A stretch of DNA of 64,000 bases, from positions 28,212,001 to 28,276,000 of the forward strand of contig NC_058383.1 of the NCBI RefSeq assembly GCF_018350175.1, given 5' to 3'. The notes below the pieces were generated by a model. That model saw nothing but the letters and a program-made list of their open reading frames with translations, was not told where the DNA came from and searched no databases. Below, piece by piece: positions 15,530 to 29,239 of the stretch. How positions within the stretch are numbered: the stretch's first letter is position 1; the number at the start of each line of letters is the position of its first letter. Source of the stretch: Felis catus (lineage: Eukaryota). The position numbers and the translations under genes were made by a program.

Positions 15530-17246
15530 TCAGGCACTCCAACAGCGCCTGTGTGATCCAGTCCCTCCGCCCCCCGCCTGGTGCTCACGCCCACGGCACA
15601 GTCCCCCTTAGTTGATGGATAAAGTCAGCAGGAGAGAAAGTCAAGGTCTCTGCCCTCATGGAGCTGCCGGTCAAGTGGCAAGACAGACAACCAGCGTCCA
15701 GGTGAATGTGTAATTATAGAGAAGGGCTGGAGCAGTGCAGGATTCCCTCAGAGCGTAAAATTGGGCATCACGACCTGACTGAATGGGGAGGTAATCGACA
15801 ATTTCCCTGAGGAAATGATGACCAAGAACGGAAAAAAAAGCATGTAGGGCAGAGGAAGCAGCATGTGCAAAGGCCCTGAGATAGGAAGGAACACAACACG
15901 TTTAGGGAACCGAAGGGAGGCATGGGTGGCTGGAACACGGTCGAGCTACAGAACGAGCGGCAGTCACACCACGCAGGGCCTGGAAGATCCTGTTTAGCAT
16001 TCGGAGCTTTAGTCCAGGCCCATCAGGAAGGTGTGACATGTGGCCTAGCAACCGAGACCAAGTGCTACCTCCCCCCTCGTTTCCTCTCAACGCGAACACC
16101 GACTCCACATTGGTTCCACTGGCTCCTGGATGGTCGGTGCTGGCTTAGTCTGTTCCTCGGCTCCAAAGGGCAACCAAGGACTTCTCCCACTCCTCCCTTC
16201 CCTGTGGAGCCCAGGAGGAGGGCTAAAGAGTTCTGTGTAGTTGTTCAAAGGGGGGCCTGAACACCAGAGACAGGGGCAGCCTGCTTTGGGCCAGCCCTAG
16301 GCCCAATCTGCCTGGCTCGGTTTCCACAAACGCCAGGTATCCGTCCTAGTGTGGATGTGCTCATGGTCGCTTCAAGCTCTCATGTGCTGAATTTGGGGTC
16401 ATAAAAACCACTGATGTGAATAACAGTCGGGCTGAAAGGTTAACAGGTGAAAGCCCGGAGGTCTCACGTGTAACTGAGTGCTTCTTTTTGACTTTTATTT
16501 TGTCCCGTTTTTCCAACTGAAATGGGGGGTGGGGGGCGCGGGGCTGTTCCAGAATTACCACGTTTTTGTCACCGTTTGGCTTTGTCACACAGCCAAGCAG
16601 CCCGCTGCTGATCCCGGAATTACACTGCGGGACTTGGGGACCTCCCCAGCAGCAGCAGAGCACGGTGGGCGTGGGAGTCCAAGATTTCCGAGCGAGCTTG
16701 CTGAGCCCAGCTCCACACCCAGTCGAGCTCTCACAAGTCACAAGCCCCCTGCTCTGTATAACAGGCAGGTAATACCGGGCGGTGTGGGATTAAATAAGCA
16801 CTAAGTGGGCCTGGCATTCCTTCTCCGGTCTTTGATTTGGGGTCACTCCCCTGGCTCCCCAGAGGACCAGCAAGAACAGGAGGGAGGATACACTACAGCC
16901 ACCTCCACCCCTGACCAAGGCCGCGATGAGAAGAGGAGAGAAGAAGCCTGAAACGGAGGATTCCAGGAGCTTCCGGATGCATCCAGGTAGATCTGAGAGA
17001 ACGGTGTCCTGACCTCGCTTGTTCCTGAACCACCCCACGTGGGGTGTTTACTTCTTATTTTAAAAATTCCATTCCCCCTTTTTTAAAAAACATACCACAT
17101 GTATTTTTAAAAATAAACTCTGGATCGTTACCATAAATGGAAGATTATTGACACACGCCCAAAACAGGGGAGCATAAAACACATACAAGAAAACAAGGGC
17201 CTGAAACCAATTTTCCCTGGGACAACAAGACGTCAGCGCCTGTCAG

Positions 17247-17571
17247 TGCTACAGACTTGAATGTTTGTGTCCCTCCAAGTTTGGATGTTGAGATCCTAAC
17301 CCCGAGGGAGATGGTATGAAGAGGTGGGGCTCTGGGGAAGCGGTCGGATCCTCAGGACGGAACCCTCACAACGGGGTTAGTGCCTTTAGAGGAGTGGCTC
17401 CACAGAGCAGACGGCTGTCTGCGAACCAAGAAGCAAGCCCTCTCTAGAAACGCCTGCTGGTACCTTGGTCTTTGGCTCGCCAGCCTCCCAAAGTGCTAGC
17501 AATAAAGGCAGGTTGCTTCTAAGCCACCCAGCCTATGGTTTTCTGTGACAGCCGCTCACCAGACTAAGACA
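17247..17571 (+). mobile_element. MLT1A-like MaLR solo LTR
   Basis: tg...gaatgtttgtgtccc...gaggtgggg...aataaa...agccacccagcctatgg...gactaagaca. Confidence 0.75.
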
Positions 17572-17928
17572 GGCATAAAAGATAAACGAGCATCTAACTC
17601 AGACTTTCTAGGTAATCATCAGGGTTAAAACAGAAATCAAAGACTCGCATTACGCAACGCGACAGAGATGTTATCTCAGAGGCAACCTTACCTTGTATAC
17701 AACTTCCCACACGTGGGAAGGCAGGATTTAGAGCACCCAGGTCACCTACAGAAAGCCCCCAGCTGCTCAAAGGAGGTGGTGGTCAGTAGAGCAGAGGCTA
17801 CAAACATCAACCCTGGAGTCTGGCTGCCAGGGTTCAAATCCTAGCTCTGCCGTCCCCTGGCTGCGACCTTGGGCAAGTCATTTAGGCTCTCGGGTCCCTG
17901 TTTCCAGCACTGGGAAATGGCACTTTTA

Positions 17929-18225
<297 letters not shown>

Positions 18226-18529
18226 TCAAGCTAGTTCAATCCTCTCATTTCACAGCCGTGACCCAGGGAGGGGACCCACGACACAGGACCCCACGGAGAA
18301 GATGTTCCTTCATGCAGGCAGTGCTCAAGAAGCATTTCTGGCCTGCCGGTGGTCGTCATCAGCTTTAAACATCACGATACACTATCACCGATCGTGTGGC
18401 CCAAAGCCGTCTTTAGAGCCTTCCCCGAGGTAGCCCCACCCCCGGGTGACTTGTCACCCGGGAGAATGATGTAGGCGTGCGTGGGCATATGCACATGAAT
18501 GCCCTATTGAGCCATGGCTCAGTCCCACA

Positions 18530-18905
18530 CGGGCAAAGCGATGGGATGTGACTTCCATCCTGGTTGGGGACTCTCCCCACTGCCTTCTTGGTTTGCAGGC
18601 ATTCATGAAGCCTGCAAGCTCCTCAGGCCAGCTGGGAGCGGAAGGGGCTCCAGTTAGAAACTGAGGACAGTGATCCGGCCCCTGAGGAACTGATGCCTGC
18701 CAACACTCATGTGAGCTTCATAGTGGATCCCTCCCCAGCCGAACCTTCAGATGAGACCCCAGCCTGCCAGGAACCTCGGATGTGGCTCGTGTGAGAGCCT
18801 GAATGGACGAAGCGGCTCAGCCGTGCCCAGATCTTCCAAAGCCACAGAAACTAGGAGATGACAAGCCACTAAGTTTGAGGTCATCTGTTACATAGCAACT
18901 GATAT
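18530..18905 (+). mobile_element. MLT1-family MaLR LTR fragment
   Basis: ccccagccgaaccttcagatgagacc...ccacagaaact...aagccactaagtttgagg...tgttacatagcaa. Confidence 0.65.
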
Positions 18906-19643
18906 GCCCAGTGTCCCCGACGCTTCTGCTCAGTCCGCTCATGGTTTTCCCTGGCAAGCCCCCCACCGTCACCGCCCGTAGGTCCCAGGACCACCTCCAG
19001 GTGCTGCCTTATGTCAGTTTTCTCAGCAAATTCTCCAATCGCAGCAACCATGACCAACTGATCACGTGCCTGAATCCCGGCAGTGCCCCCACAGCCCCGG
19101 GGTGAGGTTCCGTTCTACGTGACTTACACACATGTAGCTAGCTCACTGCCTTGACGGGTGCACCAACAGAGCAGGAATATTTCCACCTGTCCCGTATAAC
19201 AAAAATCAGGAGTCTAGGGGGCTACTGTGTGCAGTGTTCTGATGGGAGGAGCTACTTACACCAATTTCCTTCCCAGCCCCGTGTCTGTGGAATCCACCCC
19301 CACCCGGAGCAAGATAACTGCAGGCAGCCCCAGCTCACCCAGTTAGAAGTGAGTGCTGTTTACTGGGTGCTGATGGAGCAAGGTGCTGTGCTAAGTACTT
19401 CTCAGGCACTACACGGTGTCCGTCTCACTACAGCCAGCCCCCTGCAGTAGGTACACTGCAGACCCTATCTGACACATAAGAAAACTGAGGCACAGAGAGG
19501 TTAAGCAAGCAGGCTCACGGAATGCTGCTCCTCCAAATCCCAAACCATCTAGCTGAAAACAACCTCCTTTAAAGCAGCAAAGCCTAGACCTTTGGGGCAC
19601 TGGCTCAGAGACCAGGATTGGGTTCAAATCCAAGGTCAGTTTC

Positions 19644-19880
19644 GGGGCACCTGGGTGGCTCAGTCAGATAAACATCTGACTTTGGCTCAGGTCATGATGT
19701 CACAGTTCGCGGGTTCGAGCCCCACGTCGGGCTCTGTGCTGGCAGCTCAGAGCCTGGAGCCTGCTTCGGATTCTGTGTCCCTCCCTCCCTCCCTCTCTCT
19801 CTCTCTCTCTTTCTCTGCCCCTCCCCCGCTTGTGCTCTGTCTCTGTCTCTCAAAAATAAATAAATGTTAAAAAAAAAAAA
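19644..19880 (+). mobile_element. Can-SINE inserted in a MIR
   Basis: Full head, body and tail; TSD aag[gt]tcagtttc at 19632-19643 and 19881-19892. Confidence 0.92.
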
Positions 19881-20390
19881 AAGTTCAGTTTCTCTCCAGC
19901 TGCATGACTTAGGGAGAGTGCTCAGTTTGCTCATCTATAAAATGGGAAGGTAAGATTTCAACAGACCATACAGGGCTGGTGCCATGACTGGCTCCTAATG
20001 GTGGATTGAACATCGTGGTCGCTACCAGTGTGACCATTTTGATTCAAATACTGGCTCTTACAGCCTGACTAGTCCAGGCCCCTCTGAACGACTTGAGCCA
20101 AGATCGATATCATGTGGGGAACCTGAGTGTCCCAAGTGCAGATAGATGGTTAAATCTGGAAGCCTGTGTGAGAGGTGTTATCTTGTGAACAGTGCCAGGT
20201 GAGGTCTCCTAATGATTTGGGAAAGGAGGCAGAAAGCCTACATCTTCTTAGACCTCGGGGAGCTGAAGGCCTGTCTCAGCAGGTCAGACAGGCTGCCGGC
20301 ACTCCCATCCCTCTTGGCTCCCAACCCAGACAGGTGGCAGAGACAGGGCGCCTGGAGAATCCGGAGGAACGGGTCCGCCCGTACCCCCTA

Positions 20391-20516
<126 letters not shown>

Positions 20517-21930
20517 TCAGGAGCTGGACACCAAGACCCAGGACATTGAGGAAAACCCATCACTTGAACGCAGATAACCTGACCCCCAGGAAGCTCAGAA
20601 AGCAGGAGCCGCTTTGCTGAGGCCACAGACAGTCTCCCGGCGCAGGTGCGGGAGATACGTGTTGCTGGCTGGCTCCCTTGGGCCACAGGTGACGGCCTGC
20701 AACCACCTAGAGGGCCCTGCAGGGGAGGGTGCCCTGTGCCGGCAGCAACAGGTATAATGCAGTGCCGCTAACGGCATCTCAGCTGCATGAAGCTTAGTCC
20801 AAGGGGCCAGGAAGCAAGGAGCCTCATGGGGAACGGGGCACAGCTCACGGGTCCCTAAGCATCCCGAGCAAGGCGCGTACTCAAATAACAACCAGTTTTG
20901 ACAAGAGCATCAGCCAAGAGAAGGGAGTCCGGGAAGGCGCTCCAGCCGCACCTCCCAGGGCCAGTTTTTGGTTGCCAGATCGTGGGGAGGTCCAGACGTC
21001 TAGGGTAGAGGGTGCCTGGAGCAGTGCCTTTTCCCCCACAGTGACGAACTTCCCTGACGATGGTGGAGCCACCGTGAGAAATACCAGCCAGGCATGTGCC
21101 CCGATCCCAGGAGTCACACCCTCAGCATCCACACTCATCACCGTAACCTCAACGGCAGTGGCTCACATTTATTAAACAAGTGGTGGCCGCTGTGCTGACA
21201 TACGATATCTGCCTTCATTCTCCCGACCCCTCGGTCGTATGTTATTATCACCCCCGCTCCGCACTCAACTCTGCACGCCGCTCCCAGGACAAAGAGAGAG
21301 CGTACAAGAGAGACGCACGGTGTAGGACTCCAAAGCGCTGGCCTGGACGAGGAGGGGAGGGCATGCGGGGGAGATGTTACTAAAGGGACAAATACGCAGC
21401 CAGCAAGGGCAGGGCGACCCTGGGAACATGCTGATGGGACGTGAAGTGGCGCAGAATGCAAAAAGGCAGGCTCTTTCAGATGAGACACTGCAGAGCGGGG
21501 CAGGCAACCATTCCCACGTTGGGGGCAGGGAGCTCTGAGCTGGTGATTCTCCATCTTGACTGTGAAGGACGCACCCCCACCCCCCACCCCGGGGATGCCC
21601 TCCGCCCAGGTTCGGTCCCTGCAATGACGGCATGCAGGGAGGCCAGGCGCCCATCCTGAGTGAGAGCACAGTCAGGAATGAAGTGTTCTCTTACTTCCCA
21701 GCTGTGTGGGCTAGGCAAGCAATAAACCTCCTTGAGCCTCAACTTTCACATCTGCAAAGCGGGAGTCACAGCTACCTTCGTAAGTGGGAGGATGGATGAG
21801 GCCGTGCACGGGGCTTGGTAAGGGAAAGACACCACGGTGGTACTTAGCAGCACTTATGCCTAGAAACATGTTCTGTAGATAATTACGGGGTGCAGCCAAG
21901 ATTGACAATCACTGCTTTATACGTTTCTTT

Positions 21931-22136
21931 CTTTTTTTAACATTTATTTTTGAGACAGAGAGAGACAGAGCATGAACGGGGGAGGGGCAGAGAGAGAGGG
22001 AGACACAGAATCGGAAGCAGGCTCCAGGCTCTGAGCCATCAGCCCAGAGCCCGACGCGGGGCTCGAACTCAGGGACCGCGAGATCGTGACCTGGCTGAAG
22101 TCGGACGCTTAACCGACTGCGCCACCCAGGCGCCCC
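21931..22136 (-). mobile_element. Young Can-SINE
   Basis: CpG-rich body; perfect TSD tatacgtttcttt at 21918-21930 and 22137-22149. Confidence 0.94.
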
Positions 22137-23440
22137 TATACGTTTCTTTTTAATGCAGCATCTTTCTTATTTTTTTTTTTTTTAATTAAAAAAAGAAACT
22201 ACATCACAGAGAAGAATGATAACAAGGATTTTCCATGCAGGCAAGGACAGCCACATATGCGCTCGGCACTGGAGGCCCCGGCCTGGCCTTGACCGTCTTT
22301 CTCTGTGCAGGGACAGGGATGCCCGAAAACAAGCCCAGAGACATCTGCGCTGTGGCAAGGGCTTCAGAGAGCCCCACTCTCAGGGCCGCACAGGCCGCCC
22401 TGTGCAAGCTGCAGCCTCCCCTTCTGCTCCTCACCCAGTATGAGCCATAAGGTCTGGATGGGAGACCTCACAGTGGCCTCCCGTGACCCCCTTTCTCAAC
22501 CCAATCAGCCCATAGGTTGATACAGCGGCTGGGGCAGCTGGAAAACTCTCCGCCGAAAGGAGACAGACTGAGAGTCCTAAGGGGGCAACGTGAACATGGG
22601 TCGATCCACCACTCCGACTGCCTTCTTTGCAAGGCGTCAGCCCCTCCCTCTTCCTACAGTCTCTTCCTACAGGCAGGCCACAGGGGCTCTGCCCAAGGTC
22701 AGAAGCTTAGTCCAAGGAACCCCTTCCCCATGACTTTGAACTATCAGTGACCCGACGAGGACTAAAGACAGCTTGGGTTGATCTGTCCTAAAGGAACAGG
22801 ATTCCCGGGGTTCCTACTTCCTGAGTCTTGCTCATTTGGTTTGGCCTTTGATTTCTGAGCTACCCGGTTCTCTTGTTTCAGCAGCCGGAGTCAGCTTCTG
22901 TGGCTTACGGAAGAGCCCTTACGTCTGGACCCTTAAGACATATTGCTGTTTAAGGAAGGCAGGAGCAATGGGTCCACTCCAGTGGCTGGTGATGCCTTTA
23001 CCTCGCCAGAGGGAGCCAGCACAGCCTTCCCTGCTGTAATTCTGCTAACAGACAGCCCTCCTCTGGGCGCCCACAGACACCTGCAGTTACTCCATCAGGC
23101 ATCTCCCGGCTCTGCCTTGGGTTGCCTAGGTCCTGCCCATGCCCAGCAAGTAAGGGTGGGATCATAATAACCACACTGTGGCCATTCACTGTCCACCCAC
23201 TACGTGCCAAGCATTTTGTGGACAAGATCTCCTTCAAGACATGCTCATATCATGGTCATCTGACCTACATGGCAGTCAGGCTTAACCAAGGCCACCAAGC
23301 TGATGAGTAGATCTGGGGATTCAGACTACATCCCCAAGGGTCCACCAGAAAGCCTGGCACATAGTAGGTGTCCAATAAAGGTCTGCAGACCGTCAAGGGC
23401 CTCTCTCCAAGCACACAGCTACAGGACCAGTGCCTGGAGT

Positions 23441-23652
23441 GGGGGCACCTGGGTGGCTCAGTCAGTTGAAAGCCTGACTCCCGATTTTAGCTCAGGTAAT
23501 CATCCCAGGGTCAGGGGATCGAGCCCCACGTTGGGCTCGGCACTGACCGTGGAGCCTGCTTAAGATTCTCTCTCTCCACTTGCCCCTCTTTCCATCTCGC
23601 ACTCTAAAAAAAATAAATAAATAAAAATAAAAATAAAAATAAAAAAATAAAT
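23441..23652 (+). mobile_element. Can-SINE
   Basis: Head, short body, (AAAAAT)n tail. Confidence 0.88.
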
Positions 23653-24654
23653 GTCCAGAGGGGATGGGTGGATGTTATCTCCTAAGGATGAGGGGCAAAG
23701 CTATTCAAGGGGCCTGCTGCACCTGTGCCTCAGGGGCCCCATCCCACATGTTCTGGGTAGATCCCTGACAAGCACACTGCACGGGGCCAGCCCTTTCCCT
23801 AAAAGTTATAACCATGTCAAACACAAAAAGATCTAGAAAAATGCAAGCCAACCCTCTGTCTGCACTGGTCACAGTATAACAGCTGGGTGGGGTGGGTGTG
23901 GCAGCTGGGGGACCACACACAGGCCTCCACTCTATCACACGTTTCAGGTAAGAAAACTGACTTGTGGAAAGGGAGTCATTTCCCCCAAATTCACACAGGT
24001 GGCAGGACTGCCGTTTGACTCTGGGCCATCGGGCGCCAGGGCCTGGGCTTCCTGCGCAGGCCCTCAAAAACCAAGGGGCCATTTAAAATTATTTTCTTAC
24101 TTGCTTACTTAGCCCACAGCCCTCAGTTCCTCGAGGTCGGACGCTGCTCACGACAGGGGTCTGGGCCACAAGGAACCTTACTCTGAACCAGCTACAGATG
24201 GAGCCAAGAAAAGGGGAAGAGAAGGTGACTTGGCTCAGATTTCATCTTGGTCCCCCCCAGCCCCCCAGGCTCACCTCCATCACTGCGGTTAGCACCACCA
24301 CGTCGTTGATTATTTGGTGTTTGTTTCCACCATCCAACTGTGAGCTCTTGAAAACAGAGAGGAGGTCTTTTCCACTACTCTATTCCCATCACCAGGCACA
24401 TTGGATGGCCATGTAGGGTGTAAGAGACCGTGCACTGCACAATCCAAGAGGCACCATTCCACACAGTGGCTCAAGTACTGGGTGTCCCCATGGCACACAC
24501 CAAGCGCTCTGTATACACCTGACACGCAGATGGACAGATTAACACATCAATGGCCAAGTGAAGCAGAGATGACCTTCCAGGGCCAGAATGGGCACCCCAT
24601 TGGCCACCATGATGCCATCTCACATCCCACACCCACAAAGCTGGTTGCTTTCTT

Positions 24655-24864
24655 CTAATTTTTTTTTAATGTTTATTTTTGAGAGACAGAGACAGAGCAT
24701 GAGCAGGGGAGGGGAAGAGAGAGGGGGAGACAAAGAATCTGAAGCAGGCTGCAGGCTCTGAGCTGTCAGCACGGAGCCTGATGCGGGGCTCGAACCCATG
24801 AACCACGAGATCATGACGTGAGCTAAACTCGGATGCTCAACCGAGTAAGCCACCCAGGCGCCCC
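24655..24864 (-). mobile_element. Can-SINE
   Basis: Reverse-complement full element. Confidence 0.9.
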
Positions 24865-25113
24865 GTAAAGCTGATTTCTAAACCAACCCTGGAGACATGG
24901 GTAAAATCAATGTATAGTTTCATCTAATCTGGGATCTTTATACAGCTGTGTTAATGTTCAAAGCTTATGTAGGATGTGCCTTCAATAATCAAGGCATCAT
25001 GCATCCATTTGCTTATTTAACACATTATACTGAGCGTCTACTGTGTGCCAGGCATTGTTCCCAGTCCTGGGGATATACAAGTGACCAAAAAGCCCTCATG
25101 GAGCTTAAATTCC

Positions 25114-25221
25114 AAGGGAAAGGGAAAGGCAGAGGGAGAGGGAGAGGGAGAGGGAGAGGGAGAGGGAGAGGGAGAGGGAGAGGGAGAGGGAGAGGGAGAG
25201 AGAGACAGACAGAGAGAGAGA
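25114..25221. repeat. (GGGAGA)n microsatellite within an L2-like relic
   Basis: About 11 direct hexamer units. Confidence 0.95.
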
Positions 25222-26525
25222 TAATACACGAAGTAACAGATCTAGACTTGGCTGTCAGGCAGTAGTTAGCACCACAAAGAAAACTAAAGCAGAGAAAGTG
25301 GAAAATGAAAGGGGGGAGTGGGGGGTGCTATAAAACAGCAAGAATTTTTTTTTCACCAAAGGCACCAAACTTCTTCTCCAATACATGTTCTTCCAGGGCT
25401 TCCAGGTACCAGGTAAGGGGCTGTCCCTTACCCTTGGGGTGTAAGGGTCCCTGCCCTTGGACCTCCTAAGTGCCCTTGCCTGGGCTCCGTGTCCAGCCAG
25501 CCACCGGCCCTCAAAACCAGCACCTCGGAGCTCTGTTGTTTATTCTCAAGAAGGTTCTGGAACTCTGCTTGGGCACGGGCCAGCAGGCAAACCTCCCTCA
25601 AGGGAAGAATCCCAAGTCGCCGCGTTACAGTCAACGCTTCGTTTTTGACCAAAAACGGAATTGACCGGCTGCATCGCCTGGCCCAATCCACCAGCCTAGG
25701 CCCAGAAAGTTCTTCGTACTCAGGAGGAAGAAATATGGCTACTGAGAACAGCCTAAAGGAATGTGCCATCTGGACGCTGGACTCTCCAGCAGCTGGTCGG
25801 TGTTTATGAGAGACTTTTGCAATAGGGGGCGGTGCTTATGACCCACTGTTACCACTGTTAAGGAAAGAAAGAAAGGAGACCTGATGGCTGAATGCACAGA
25901 GGGCACTCCTCTGCTCGGGAGTAAGGCCGAGGCAAGACAGACACAGACAAACCCCCTGGCAGGTGGGTGAGTGGATGGACATTCTTTTTCCTGGTTTTGT
26001 GGGTTTTTCTGCAGCCTCCAGCTGTCTAAAATGAGCACATATTGATTCCCTAATCAGTAAAAAAAAAAAGAAAAAGAAAAAAAAGAAACTGTCAGCAAAA
26101 ATCTGAAAAACAGAAAAAATTAGACATGAGGTTGAGAGATGAATTAAGTAAGGTTCTGAAAAGTGGGAGAAAGGTGTTTCTCCCAAGATGACAGGAAAGA
26201 ACCTGGGGAGCGTGGAATCAGAGCATATGCTCTATTTTCTGGGGGGGGAGGGTGTGGGGGGAGAGTGCTGTGCATTGTAGGATGCTTAGCAGCGTCTCTG
26301 GTCTCCACCCTCTGTGTTAGCACTGCCCTCCTCCATCCCAGTTGTCACAACCAAAAAAGTCTCCAGATACTGCCAAGTATCCTGGGAGGCACAGATGTTC
26401 CCCCGCTAAAAACCACTGCTGTAAATTTTAGAGCAGTCTTCCTAATAAAGACACCAGAGTATATATGAAGGTTCTTTACCTTCCGGATACAAAGGTTAAT
26501 GAGTCAGTTTGTAACTCTCTTTGCC

Positions 26526-27006
26526 AAGGAAAGGAAAGGGAAGGGGGAAGGCGGAAGGGGGGGAAGGGAAGGGGAAGGGAAGGGGAAGGGGAAGGGGAAG
26601 GGGAAGGGGAAGGGGAAGGGGAAGGGGAAGGGGAAGGGGAAGGGGAAGGGGAAGGGGAAGGGGAAGGGGAAGGGGAAGGGGAAGGGAAGGGGAAGGGAAG
26701 GGGAAGGGAAGGGGAAGGGAAGGGGAAGGGAAGGGGAAGGGAAGGGGAAGGGAAGGGGAAGGGGAAGGGGAAGGGGAAGGGGAAGGGGAAGGGGAAGGGG
26801 AAGGGGAAGGGGAAGGGGAAGGGAAGGGGAAGGGAAGGGGAAGGGAAGGGGAAGGGGAAGGGGAAGGGGAAGGGGAAGGGGAAGGGGAAGGGGAAGGGAA
26901 GGGAAAGGGAAAAGAAAAGAAAAGAAAAGAAAAGAAAAGAAAAGAAAAGAAAAGAAAAGAAAAGAAAAGAAAAGAAAAGAAAAGAAAAGAAAAAGGAAGA
27001 AAAAAG
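26526..27006. repeat. Compound polypurine tract (GGGGAA/GGGAA)n then (GAAAA)n
   Basis: ~480 nt of purines with a single C at 26552. Confidence 0.97.
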
Positions 27007-27930
27007 TTTCCTATAAATCAGTGTAATAAATCCCTACCAGGACTGGTCAGTATCTTCTCTTCCTAAGCCTACTTCCTGTTACCTCTACTATTCCCTACCC
27101 CCCTGGGAAAGAATCCCCCCAAACCAACCACTCTCCCTCTTCAGCCTGGGTGTTCTAAAAAAGATCTGATTAATCCAACAAGGGAAAAAAAAGTTTCCCT
27201 TTAGGGGAAGCCAAAAATGTGGCTCAAACAAATTCAGGGTCATTGGCTCTTGGAAACCTGCCACAGCTGAGCAATATCGGACCCCGATGCCAAGCTGCAG
27301 TGCCGGGGGCCCCTCCGAGAGAGGGAGAAAGTGAAGACGCCGCCCAGTGTGAGTTCAGACCCACAGGGCTGAGGACTTCTGGGGGAGGCTGTACGGCTAA
27401 ATTGGGAAAATGACCCCGCAGTGGTGCAAGGGTGGCATTTTCATTGCCAAATTAAGTGCTGACGTGGCCAAAGGAAAAAAGAAAAAAAAAAAAAAGTAAT
27501 TGGCAGTATTCCGTGTTCTGCACCAAATGCTTTGGATCTGTTGGCGGTGGTGGAGGAAGGGGAGTGAAAAAACCCATCTGTGGTCAGCAGAGTTTAAGGA
27601 TGCTCCCTGTGCACCTTGATACAAAGGAGGGAGACCTCGTTCGGGGGAAAAAGATTCAATAAAAGGCACACGTGTCACCTTAGAGAGCATACAGGGTTGT
27701 TTTCACCCGAAGGAAGCTGGACTGTGACATACAGGGGCTGTAGGGTTGTCTCATCCAGCACGTGGCAGTGGCATGACAGTCAGAGGAAGGCAACCCTGAA
27801 GCAGGAGGGAAGCAGGCTAGACTTAAGACAGAACTTTCCGGCCCCAAGAGCAGAGACACGTAGAAACTCATTCCCACCAGGAATGATAAACCGGAGGCAT
27901 TTCTTGCCTCACGCTTGCAAAAGGAAACAC

Positions 27931-28173
27931 TTTTTTTTTTTTTTTAATTTTTTTTTTCAACGTTTTTTTTTTTTTTTAATTTATTTTTGGGACAGAGAGA
28001 GACAGAGCATGAACGGGGGAGGGGCAGAGAGAGAGGGAGACACAGAATCGGAAACAGGCTCCAGGCTCCGAGCCATCAGCCCAGAGCCCGACGCGGGGCT
28101 CGAACTCAGGGACCGCGAGATCGTGACCTGGCTGAAGTTGGACGCTTAACCAACTGCGCCACCCAGGCGCCCC
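27931..28173 (-). mobile_element. Young Can-SINE with a long A tail
   Basis: TSD aggaaacactttt at 27922 and 28174; CpG-rich body. Confidence 0.94.
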
Positions 28174-28189
28174 AGGAAACACTTTTAAT

Positions 28190-28650
28190 ACCAAGAGGGT
28201 TCAGAGCAGCACAATTTATAACAGCCAAAACATGGAAACAACTTGACCTGTCATCACCTGACTGAATAAACAAAATGGGGTATTACCCAGCCACAGAAAG
28301 GTTATCACGTATAGACATGTGCTATCACACGGGTGAGCCACAGAAACATCACAGGAAGCGAAAGAAACCAGCTCACTAAGGACCACACGGTCTACAATTC
28401 CATTTACATGAGATGCCCAGAACAGACAAATCTAGGGGCAGAAAGATGAGCAGGTGCCAGGGACCTAGGGGGCTGGGAGAAAATGGGGAGTGATTGCTAA
28501 TGGCTACGAGGTTTTCTGGAGGGGTGACCGGAATGTTCTAAAGTTGGTTTTGGTGATGGCTGCCCAACTCTCAACGTGCTAAACATCACTACACTGTATG
28601 CTTTAAATGGGAGGATCGTATGCTATGCCAACTGCATCTCAATAAAACGT
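28190..28650 (+). mobile_element. Old L1 (L1M-type) 3' fragment
   Basis: gcagcacaatttataacagccaaaacatggaaacaac...ggtgatggctgcccaactc...ctcaataaaa. Confidence 0.75.
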
Positions 28651-29239
28651 GACAAACCACTGGGGCTCCTGAAGCACACTAATGCAGAGGCAATGGATGA
28701 GCCCTGACCCCAGGCAGACACATAAAGCACCAAGGGAAGGAACAGACGACTGAAACTTGGGCCAGACTTGAGGTCCCACCCCTGCCTCGCAGCCACTGTG
28801 TGTCCTTGGCCAAGTTGCTGCCCCTCTCTGACATTCACTGGATGCCCGCTGCATTGAGACCAAACCCCAAACTCCTCACCCCGAAAGGCCACCTCCCACC
28901 ACTGTCCCTTCACCCACCATGGTCTGGCCACCCCGGCCTCCTTTCCGTTCCCTGCGTCAGCACACTGTTCCCCGGATTTTCTCCTTGTTGGCAACCTTCC
29001 ATGCCAAGGTCACCTCCTCAGAAAGGGTGTCTCTGACCACCTTGCATGGCCAGGTGTCATCCGTATCACTCCCCAGCTCATCATCCTGTGTGGGTTTTTT
29101 TTTTCTTCATGGCACTTAACGCTCTAGGAAACCATTTATTTCTTGATTTGTGTTTTGCCCAACAGATTCCAAGCTCCATGAGGATAGGGATCTGTCTAGA
29201 TGTCATTCACTTCTGTCTCCCCAAAACCTAGAACAGTGT

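Noticed and set aside
26465..27066. 175-183 aa ORFs of GE/GK/GR/KEKKR repeats
   Set aside because: A purine-only tract cannot contain a stop codon, so all three frames are open; nothing else supports coding.
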